A stretch of 62,500 nt of DNA, counting the filler, from Stramenopiles sp. TOSAG23-3 (lineage: Eukaryota): NCBI GenBank assembly GCA_900128585.1. It is 10 parts of 10 records of this genome, joined end to end, with 100 filler letters (N's around TTAATTAATTAA, not from the genome) between each part and the next. Parts side by side here need not be neighbours in the genome. Positions count along the whole stretch, not along the records: positions 9,353 to 18,599 come from LT642935.1; positions 18,700 to 27,946 come from LT642936.1; 8 more parts are not named here. One strand, given 5' to 3'. This document shows positions 11,784 through 20,777 of the stretch, piece after piece. The first letter of the stretch is position 1. Each line of letters starts with the position of its first letter. The translations under genes and the position numbers were made by a program. Under the pieces are notes generated by a model. It was not told the DNA's origin, ran no database searches, and worked only from the letters and a program-made list of their open reading frames with translations.

Positions 11784-12558
11784 TGTATCCGGGCAAAAGC
11801 TAAATCGAAATATGTAAACTACCCTTTCAGTCTATTTCTGGCTTTCGAATTTTAATCTGCTAGCATAGGTATCACTTTCTACAATTGTTGGGGAGTAGGA
11901 AAAATCTGTAAGTGGGTAATAATAAGTTGAAGGCGTGTTGTGTTGCAGTCGCCGATCGAATATTGCCAATAATAATAATGAGAAGAACGAAGAGAACAGA
12001 AGAGAAGAAAGAGGGGGAGGGATCAAGTCTATGATGCTGCGCCATGTTATTTCCATGTGTTATCCGTTATTCTTCGACTGCTGCTGCTATATAAATTAGA
12101 AGAGTAGAAAGTTAAAAGTAAGTACTTTACAATGTACACTACAAACACTACGTATAACACTATATACAATCTCCATTATTTTCCTTTATTTTCCTTCTTG
12201 TTCTCTTCTTTTCTTCTCAGTTTTTTTCTTTCTTCTTCTATTCTTCTTCTTCTCTTCTTTTTTTTCTTTTTTTTTTTTTTTGAAAATAAATCACACATAC
12301 ATAACAGAAGAAGAAGAGGGGGAGAGAAGAAGAAGAAGAAGGAAGAAAGAAGAAAGAAGAAGAAAGAAAAAAAGAAGAACTTCTCATTTTTCCCCGTTCG
12401 GTGACATCTTAGCTTGCTGTTGATTGATTTTATACAAAACATTTTACCACCACCGTAAAAATACATCTTTACATTTTCTTTATAGGAAATTATTTGATTG
12501 ATTCTCCATAATTTTTGATAAAAGAATATCACGACGATAGATGCGACTGTAAATATAG

Positions 12559-14451
12559 ATGCACTTGAAAATGGTCGTGCCGTACGCCATCATCATCCCA
12601 CTGTTGTTCCTTTCATGTGCAACCGCTTCCGATGCTAAAATAGAAAATTTGCCATACGCAAAGTCACAGCTACCTACCGGGCAAGATGGCCAAATATATG
12701 TGTTCAGCGAATACAACCAAACGTTGCCGGACATTGTAACAGTGACCACATTGTCGGGCGTAATAGCAAGGCATTCACCAAAGATTTACAGGATAAAGAG
12801 TGAAACACCAACATTATCGAACGCGTCCGTTGATGACGACACAACCGTGTTTTGGATGCACGATCTGGCGACCCACCACGACATTTCTTTTAATTTCTCT
12901 TATTTGCATGATGTAAAGGGTTTGGTGCGCCATTTTTTGAACAATATCAAAGGGGTTGTCGTCTATGACCCTGATCCTAAGTCTGTGTCGACAAACGCGG
13001 CCCTGATACGATGCGCTGCAAATGATGGAATCATAACTGCGGGCAGTTCGAGCATGATTTCTTTCTTGGCCAAAGAGTTAAAAATCCCTGTGGCGGCGAA
13101 TTTGTCAACGTCCAATCCATTCCAGGAGTTTTTGGCTTCCAAAACAACCCTATCCGTCCGAGGAATGGTCGCTCAACCGAACGACGGGTCAAAAAGTTAC
13201 GCAATGAGTGCATATTCCGTTTTTTCTCGCATCCCAACGGTGGAGCACAACACGAATGATCTGCAAGTCATGAAAGCCTTCAATGCGGTGCTGTCAAATT
13301 TCGATAAAAATCAACTGAACGTTGCATTCGGGTGGACGTCGAACGACGAACATGCTTTTACTGCGTCGGTTACCTCCGTGGGCGGCATGGTGCATGCCTC
13401 GGATTTTCTTTACAATTTAGAGCTGTTTTCTCAGCTTCCACCCTATGTGCACCCAAAAAGAGAGAAGAAGGCAGCACCGCCACCTTCGCGGAAAGATGTT
13501 CATACGGTAGCGTTCGTGTTCTCGGATGGCGACAATCTACAAATTTTGCAAAACGATTGGGTCAGTAGTACGCATTGGAATTCGCCCGCACGCGGTTCAT
13601 GCAACATAGGCTGGTCTTATTCGCCTAGTATGAGCGTGCTGATGCCGTCGCTTCTTGCGTATACCATTCGCACATCCACACCCAAGGATAGCCTCAGCTC
13701 TGGCCCATCCGGCATTGGATACAGCTACCCCGTGCTTTTTCCACAAAATAGAACGGGTGAGATTTTTGCACAAGCTACTGGATCGTTGATGAAGCAGAGT
13801 GGTATGACAGTAGCAAATGTTATCGGCGTGGTACCATCAAAGGAATCCATCACTGACCTCATAAATCAGCCTGACGTTGAAGCCATTGTGTACTTTACAT
13901 TCGGCAATGCAACACAAGGGTATGCTGGGCTTCATGGTAATGTTGCGTACGAATCTGAAAAGCCAATCATTGGCTTAAGAAAGAATTTATGGGGTGGCGA
14001 TCCATCTTCAAAAGATAAATTGGAACCAAAGAAATTGGTTGAGCAGCTAAAGCTGTTACCAAAAGATCCAAGCGACCCAAATGGATACACTATTGTTGTG
14101 AATGAACTGGGCAATGGCATCGCCACAATTTTAGAAACGGTCTCTCTGCTGAAGGCAGCCGGTGGGTTTGACGTGGTGCTTCCCGAAGAATTGGTGGAAT
14201 TGCTGGTGGAAAACACAAAATCAAAACAGCAATGCCCGCTTGCCGAAGGACCATGGGGCAAACAAGCGGGTAAACTTCCAAAGTGCTGGTTCCCTGAAGA
14301 CAATTCATCGTGCATCATGACATGTGATACAATTAATATTTTCAACAGACCAGTAAGTTGCAATCTGGATGTTTGCTCCAATATCAAATTGACAGAGGAC
14401 CACACAGAGTTTCTGTGCGTTGATACTGGTAAAATTTGTCCCAGCAGTTGA
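12559..14451 (+). CDS. Secreted GxGYxYP-family protein (putative glycoside hydrolase / carbohydrate-active) with Cys-rich C-terminal tail
   Basis: Signal peptide, VAFVFSDGDNLQ, RGSCNIGW, SGPSGIGYSYP signature. Confidence 0.85.
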   Translation: MHLKMVVPYAIIIPLLFLSCATASDAKIENLPYAKSQLPTGQDGQIYVFSEYNQTLPDIVTVTTLSGVIARHSPKIYRIKSETPTLSNASVDDDTTVFWMHDLATHHDISFNFSYLHDVKGLVRHFLNNIKGVVVYDPDPKSVSTNAALIRCAANDGIITAGSSSMISFLAKELKIPVAANLSTSNPFQEFLASKTTLSVRGMVAQPNDGSKSYAMSAYSVFSRIPTVEHNTNDLQVMKAFNAVLSNFDKNQLNVAFGWTSNDEHAFTASVTSVGGMVHASDFLYNLELFSQLPPYVHPKREKKAAPPPSRKDVHTVAFVFSDGDNLQILQNDWVSSTHWNSPARGSCNIGWSYSPSMSVLMPSLLAYTIRTSTPKDSLSSGPSGIGYSYPVLFPQNRTGEIFAQATGSLMKQSGMTVANVIGVVPSKESITDLINQPDVEAIVYFTFGNATQGYAGLHGNVAYESEKPIIGLRKNLWGGDPSSKDKLEPKKLVEQLKLLPKDPSDPNGYTIVVNELGNGIATILETVSLLKAAGGFDVVLPEELVELLVENTKSKQQCPLAEGPWGKQAGKLPKCWFPEDNSSCIMTCDTINIFNRPVSCNLDVCSNIKLTEDHTEFLCVDTGKICPSS

Positions 14452-14656
14452 GTTTTCCAAGAGTGAAACAGCGAAAACTCAAGTTACGATGAATGTAGAA
14501 TTTACTCCTCGTAAGCATTTCAAAAAATCAAACTCACACATAAATCCCTTGGTTAACTGTAGAAAAGTTAATAAGTTGTTGTACACAAAATAAAAATTGC
14601 TGTTGTTTCCACAAATGTTTCCGTGATACAGAGGCTTCTATAATGAAACTTTCGAA

Positions 14657-14920
14657 TTACTGAAAGTCGTCCGGGTCGTACAGAACACGAATTCTTAGCG
14701 AACAACTTGGGCAGAGGGCAATCTCTTCCCCTAACTCCAAATCCTCTAACGGCATTATAAACCTGTCCCCACATGGGCACGGGTAAAAGTATGCCTCTTC
14801 GTCTTCATCCCATTCCATCTCCGATAGCTCGACCTCTTCGTAGACGGAGTTTAAGTCGCCTTCTACGTTTAAATCAGCCTCGTTCTCAACTAAAGGCACT
14901 TTTTTGTCATCACTACTCAT
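14657..14920 (-). CDS. DPH3: Diphthamide biosynthesis protein 3 (CSL zinc finger)
   Basis: YEEVELSEM...YPCPCGDRF...[19 protein letters not shown] at 14920. Confidence 0.95.
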   Translation of the reverse strand: MSSDDKKVPLVENEADLNVEGDLNSVYEEVELSEMEWDEDEEAYFYPCPCGDRFIMPLEDLELGEEIALCPSCSLRIRVLYDPDDFQ

Positions 14921-15929
14921 ATCTACAGTGTACTCTACCCAACAACAACAAAAATGCCGGGTTACCAAGCCGTATAATAGTGCTACAATATTGACCGCTG
15001 CAATTTACAAAAGGGTAACGAAATCCTCACACGACCCAATTATGTATAATATATTTACAAAAGAGATTGGTGTCGGGTAAACGGTACAATCATCCACTTC
15101 AACACTCACTCTGCTATGATATGCACAATATATGTATATATTCAAGGACGGTTCAGAAAACGTTGAGGGGAGGGGGGGGGGGGGGCAAAAATCCGCTTTC
15201 ATATATATATATAAATATTGAATGAAACAAACCATCCTATGTTTAAAACAATGTTTCTTGCAATATACTTTAAAACGAAACGAAACGAAATGCAAAATAT
15301 ATATTAATAATATTAGTAGAAAAAGAAGAAAAGAAAGAAAAAAACGATTATTATTTTTTATAATAATATAATAATATTTAAAATTTAATTTGGTATTATT
15401 TATTAGTAGTGAGTGATTGATGCACCTCTCTTCTTCTTCTATCCACATTCTTTTATTAAAACTTTTTTGGTAGGAGAGAAGGAGTAGTATGTAGTAGTAT
15501 GAGAGTTCTCATGAGAGTCCTCCATCCTCCAGGAGGAAGGAAGCAGTTCTAAATAAATATAAACACAGCATTTAGTATTATATACGATGATTAAGTATAA
15601 TGTATTATAGGGGGATAAAACAATTAATAATAAAATACAAAAAAATAATAATAAAATAAAAAATTATTATTAAAAAAAAAAAAATGGATGAAGAAAAAAA
15701 TATTATTATTATTATTTATTAGCTTTTTTGTGGAAGTAGTAGTAGTAGAAGAAGGAATGTATGTAAGTATGAAGAAGGGGGGGGGGGCGGAGGAATGAAT
15801 GTATAAATGTTTAGATGGATAAAGTGCACGACATTTGCATATTCTCTGTATGGTTGTTAACTTTTTTGTGTTTGGTTCGTTTGGTCCGTTTGCATTTTAC
15901 ATATACTACGTAGTACTGTAATAATAATA

Positions 15930-16346
15930 ATGGCCGAAGCGAAGCCAAAGAGTGAGAGGCCGAAAATCACTTGGGATGAAGAAGTAATTGAAGCGCACAA
16001 TAAAGAACGAGGCACTCGAATGAAAATCTGTGAGCCTGATACCCCTTACATATACTACAATGCAGAAAATGATAGTGCAAAGTCGGCGACCGGGGAATAT
16101 GCTGGTGCGCCCGAGCACACGCCCCCGAACCCTGCGGGGACACTTGATTTTAATGAGTTGTCGAAAAAATTGTCCGAAGTTAAAAATAGTTCTGAGAGCA
16201 GCGTGGAGTGCATAACAGTAAACATGTCCGACGTTGTCGAAAAACCAAAGAATAAAGATTTTCTGAAAAAGAGAAAAGCGCACTACAACGAGTACCAGAT
16301 GATGAAGCAGCTGAAAAACATGACGAAGGATGAAGACGAGGATTAG
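15930..16346 (+). CDS. PPP1R2: Protein phosphatase 1 inhibitor-2 family
   Basis: KITWDE, MKICEPDTPY and FLKKRKAHYNE motifs. Confidence 0.9.
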   Translation: MAEAKPKSERPKITWDEEVIEAHNKERGTRMKICEPDTPYIYYNAENDSAKSATGEYAGAPEHTPPNPAGTLDFNELSKKLSEVKNSSESSVECITVNMSDVVEKPKNKDFLKKRKAHYNEYQMMKQLKNMTKDEDED

Positions 16347-16496
16347 AACGGCAACCCGTGCGATAAGGGATGGACGGACTGTGGATTTATGTGAACGCAA
16401 CAAGCGGGGGTCGCGGAGGGAAGAAGAAGAAGGTTGTGGGGGGATAAATTTTCGTAGTCTTACACCACACCGAGTATTTGTAATATTATTTAGAAA

Positions 16497-16517
16497 ATAA
16501 AAAATTGGCTGTTATTG
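16497..16517 (-). promoter_or_regulatory. Conserved 3'-flank element A core (downstream of TRAPPC12-like)
   Basis: Minus strand AATAACAGCCAATTTT, 219 nt past the stop at 16730. Confidence 0.5.
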
Positions 16518-16729
16518 TAAATGTTGTTATTGTTGTAATTGGATGTATTGTGATATATACTAAATATAAATTGGAAAATGAAGTATTACACACACGTAAA
16601 GACAAAGAAAAAAGTACGTACGAAGTAACAATTTTCGTATCATAACTGCATTTTAAACAAAAGAGGAAACCGTTCCCGGTCAAGTGTAAAATCTCTCTCT
16701 CGCTACGAGTACTCCTCTTTTTCGAGCCC

Positions 16730-18232
16730 CTAAATTTGCTCCATTGGGGTCTTGCGTGCAGCGAACTCCAGGGCAGTTTGTTTGGATTTAGCGGTGACTG
16801 GGGAGTATACCAACGAGTACAAAATGGACAAATTACGGACGACCTGGGCATTCATCCTTCGCGCCGGGTTCACTTGAATCGTCTGCTCAATCACGCCGAT
16901 GGCAGATATCACCTCGCCAACATGAAGGCCGCAAATGGCCGCGTTGTTGGCCGCAGTGCTAGCAATGACGTGTATGTCTATGTCGCTCGGCACATCCGCC
17001 TCGTTCACGGACGCGCACATTGAGCACACGCCCAAAAATTCATTCAGCGCGTCGCGGTACCTTGAACTAAGAAAGAGCATAAGGCCCTTGTTTAACTGTA
17101 ATCTGATTGGGGCAATCTTGTTTTCTGGGCCCAAGGGTTGCATTAAGTTTTCTGCACAGCTGTGAAACCTCTCCGCGCCGATCAGATCCCCTGCGTACAT
17201 GTATATTCGGGATATGCTCAAGAGGAGCCGAATGTGCCGGTCAACATTGACAGTTTTCAAATATTTCAAATTCTCGTTAAACAAATTCATGAGGGAAGCG
17301 TGCTCACCCCGGTTCAAAAGCTCGCCGACCATGATTTCCAATATTACAAAGCGCATTTCACTGCTGGACGGCCCATCCAATCCCAACTCGATCGTGCCTA
17401 TTCCCCCCGTCTCCAAGGTGACCGGGACAACCCCATTGCTCAATATCGCCAGCAGGCTCTTTAATTGGTCGATTACAGAAACGTTGGAAAAAGACTTCAA
17501 TGTGGCGGCGCAAATGCGGAACGCAAACAAGACCTCGGCGGGGGACCACTCGTTGCCGCATTCTTTCTCTTTGCTTGAGGTAAAGTAGGACTGCTCAAAA
17601 TTACCGGCAAAGTTTAGCACTTTCTGTGCGCTTTCTTGTTCGCCCAGGTGGGACATCGACGCATACTCAATAAGGCATACCCACAGCAAAGTTGCAGGCT
17701 GCTCGTATGCTTTGTTGCTCTCTCGGAATTGCTTGCAAATAAATACTGCCTGTTTGTAATCCCCGATATAGTAAAAATCCAACACCTTTGCTTTCAAATT
17801 AGTGGGCGGAGAAATTTGCAAGCCGACATTTCCAGGTTGTGAAAAAAACGCGCTGGCGCCGCCGGGAGGGGCTGGCTCCTGCTTCGTGCTGGGCGGCTGG
17901 GCGGCCAAAAAGTTGTCCTGGGGGGGTCCAACCACCGGTGCTAAAGGGGGCGGCGCGCCGGCGTTCTCCAAAGGGAAATTTTGAGGCTGGGCCTCAGTCG
18001 TTGGGGGGGCTGCGGAGCTTGGGTTGGTCGACTCATCCTCTCTCCCATTTGCGGACAGGTCCGCAGGGCCGGCAGGTGGCATCGGAGCCGCAGGGGCGCC
18101 ACGCTCTTCAGTTTGAGTCACGAAAGGCTCCGGAATCTCCGGGCCACTTTCCACTACGTCCATATCTTCTTCGTTCGGCGCAGCCGAAAACATAGACAAA
18201 GGGTCCTCATCGACCACCAACTGCCTCTCCAT
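16730..18232 (-). CDS. TRAPPC12: TPR protein, TRAPPC12/TTC15-like
   Basis: Disordered Pro-rich N-terminus; C-terminal TPRs SRIYMYAGD, LNKGLMLF, ANNAAICGLHVGE..AI..IEQ...VNP, RNLSILYSL. Confidence 0.7.
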   Translation of the reverse strand: MERQLVVDEDPLSMFSAAPNEEDMDVVESGPEIPEPFVTQTEERGAPAAPMPPAGPADLSANGREDESTNPSSAAPPTTEAQPQNFPLENAGAPPPLAPVVGPPQDNFLAAQPPSTKQEPAPPGGASAFFSQPGNVGLQISPPTNLKAKVLDFYYIGDYKQAVFICKQFRESNKAYEQPATLLWVCLIEYASMSHLGEQESAQKVLNFAGNFEQSYFTSSKEKECGNEWSPAEVLFAFRICAATLKSFSNVSVIDQLKSLLAILSNGVVPVTLETGGIGTIELGLDGPSSSEMRFVILEIMVGELLNRGEHASLMNLFNENLKYLKTVNVDRHIRLLLSISRIYMYAGDLIGAERFHSCAENLMQPLGPENKIAPIRLQLNKGLMLFLSSRYRDALNEFLGVCSMCASVNEADVPSDIDIHVIASTAANNAAICGLHVGEVISAIGVIEQTIQVNPARRMNAQVVRNLSILYSLVYSPVTAKSKQTALEFAARKTPMEQI

Positions 18233-18735
18233 AACACACTAACCTTATTCAGTCGCACAAATAGACAACACTGAACTAACGACACTGCCGCCACTCTTTG
18301 GTATAGTATTATAGTATCTAAAGTATAGTATCGTTCTCTCTCCCTCTACACATACACACACAAAACAAGATGCCACACACACAGAGAGAGACAGACACAC
18401 GCACGCACGCACACACACACTATGGAAAACGCTCACGCAAAATGTATGCAAGTAACTTTTTACAATTCACTTTTCTTTTTCTCCAACAAATTATTGATAA
18501 TTAATAATAATAAACTGGGAAGTATTATACCAACAAGTAATAATAAAGCTGGAGGAAGGAAAACAATAAAATATAATTAAAATTATTAGAAGTACCTCCN
18601 NNNNNNNNNNNNNNNNNNNNNNNNNNNNNNNNNNNNNNNNNNNTTAATTAATTAANNNNNNNNNNNNNNNNNNNNNNNNNNNNNNNNNNNNNNNNNNNNC
18701 GTTACCACCAGTTGAAAACGAGCTAGGTAAACGAG

Positions 18736-20271
18736 ATGGCAATACTGAACCGGCATAGCCCGTTGAAAAGCGCCGTGGCAGCGTTCCTGTGCGTCTTGTG
18801 CATGTTTGCATATTGTCCAAAATTTGCGATGTCCATGCACATCGGGCCTGGGGAAATCAATTCAAACGAAATTTGGGAGTTTGTCACAAAGTTCGCGTTC
18901 GACTATGCCCCAAAGCAGGGCACTATTGTTGGACAAATAAAGGGGTCCATCAAAGTCGATACCCGGTCGTATTTGGTCATTTACGACGACCAAGACTTTT
19001 CCTGGAGCCACATATACAACAACGAGTCCTTGACGTGCGATTTTGCGCTGCTCCCCAGAGCAAAGGGCGGGCCGCTGGTCAATAAGTACACACTGCTGCC
19101 GCAAAAGACCAACATGGTTGACATCAAGATTACGGAGCACGTTAGGCCACGGTTGTGGTATTTCGCAATCGTCACCGCGAAGTGTGACGAGCATAAGAAG
19201 GGCAAGAAAGCGCTTGACCTGCACAACCTGCATTGGTTAGATGACGGGAAGAAGTCGAAAGAGCTAAAGCTGGGGAAAATATACATCGATTTGACTCTCC
19301 TGAACACCCGGCAGGGTTACCAGCAGCACTTTTCCTTTGACGAAGCAGGAATGCTGCCCATCACTGCCATGTTCCTGTGCGTGTACGTCGTGCTGTTCGC
19401 CGGACAATGTTGCCTGCAGTCAAGGAGCCAGCAAAAGGGCGAGGCGCCCGATGCAAAATTTAGAGGTAACCCATTTCGCAACGGCCACAAAAAAGAACAG
19501 CCGAGCCCAGTGGGGGGGAAGACACAACAGTTCCCTTTGGTCAAGTTGTGGAGCATCTTGGTCATGCTCGAGCTGATGTCCTTAGTTTTCCGCTCCATGG
19601 ATTTGGTTTTCTATGCCATGAGTGGAGAAGAGGCAACCCGGTGGCGTTGGAGCCGTCTGTTAACCCTGCAGGTGTTCAGTTGGGCAACAGACATTGCCTC
19701 CCAGCTTGGCCTTGCCTTGATGGTCATGCTGATTGCAAAGGGCTGGACCATAACTGCGAACGATATTCGGGACCGCTCTGCGTTGATGTGGTTTCTCTTC
19801 GTTGTCTTCTTGGCGACAGTTTTCATGTACATCTGGGCTGCCTTAGACTGGGACCCTGCGTCCACGCTGTACGTCTACGAAAGCTTCCCTGGGAGCGTCG
19901 TCTTGGTGCTCCGGATGGTAATGTTTTTGTGGTTTTTGCGCAGCCTGCTAGAAACGTACAGGCTCGAATCCATACAAGAACGACGGACTTTGTACAAAAT
20001 CGTCGCTGTAGTGTACAGTTTATGGTTTCTATCGTTGCCGTTAATCGTCGTCTGTGCGTACATGCTGGACCCATGGTATCGTTCGAAGGCAGTCAGCACG
20101 CTGAGTTGCAGCGTCCACGTGATCGCTTTGGGTGCATTTGGGGGGCTGTTCTGGCCCAGCAGAGCAGAAAGGTATTTTAAAGTTCACGGTGGCATACAGG
20201 GTGTGCTTGGTGGTAAGGATGATGAAAGTGCCAGTCTCCTTGGAAGATTCGAAGATGACGACGGATTGTAA
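18736..20271 (+). CDS. GPR180/TMEM145-like (GOLD-like lumenal domain + 7TM) protein
   Basis: Signal peptide, WEFVTKFAF, RPRLWYFAI, HFSFDEAG, LIAKGWTI, YVYESFPG, seven hydrophobic segments. Confidence 0.88.
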   Translation: MAILNRHSPLKSAVAAFLCVLCMFAYCPKFAMSMHIGPGEINSNEIWEFVTKFAFDYAPKQGTIVGQIKGSIKVDTRSYLVIYDDQDFSWSHIYNNESLTCDFALLPRAKGGPLVNKYTLLPQKTNMVDIKITEHVRPRLWYFAIVTAKCDEHKKGKKALDLHNLHWLDDGKKSKELKLGKIYIDLTLLNTRQGYQQHFSFDEAGMLPITAMFLCVYVVLFAGQCCLQSRSQQKGEAPDAKFRGNPFRNGHKKEQPSPVGGKTQQFPLVKLWSILVMLELMSLVFRSMDLVFYAMSGEEATRWRWSRLLTLQVFSWATDIASQLGLALMVMLIAKGWTITANDIRDRSALMWFLFVVFLATVFMYIWAALDWDPASTLYVYESFPGSVVLVLRMVMFLWFLRSLLETYRLESIQERRTLYKIVAVVYSLWFLSLPLIVVCAYMLDPWYRSKAVSTLSCSVHVIALGAFGGLFWPSRAERYFKVHGGIQGVLGGKDDESASLLGRFEDDDGL

Positions 20272-20777
20272 TTTATTTTGATAATTAAAACCAGTAAAAC
20301 TTACAACTTACAATACAATTATTTAGTTGTGCATTTACATAGGGATTAATATAATATAACAATACTGAAAGTAGTAGTTATAAAATTTATATAATATACA
20401 ATCACCTTAAACTAATATACTATGGTACTCCCAAAAGATCCGTTTCTCAACTTCTCAACTCTCCTCCTCGTGTGCACCGAAGAAGAATATATAACATGAC
20501 AATGAAAAACAACACACTATTATTATTATATCTTTTATATTTTCATCAAATTGAAGTAATTCACACATTGTTTAAAGTAAGTGTATGCATACGAACCCAT
20601 CTTCACTCGTTCTTTTCTCGCACATGATTAGCAGTTATCCCGAGTTATGACACCGAACAGGAACAATCGAAAAAACTGCGATCGTCGAATGAAGGGAAAG
20701 CATTCCTTACAAAACACCATTGTGGAAACGAAAAACTTGGGAAGAACTCCTCTGGGGGTGCATCCGGTTAGGAAACC

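Noticed and set aside
12132-12532. ORFs in AT-rich/simple-repeat intergenic DNA (also 3381-3602, 5238-5618, 15005-15448, 34582-34939, 44140-44355)
   Set aside because: Translations of microsatellites and low-complexity tracts.
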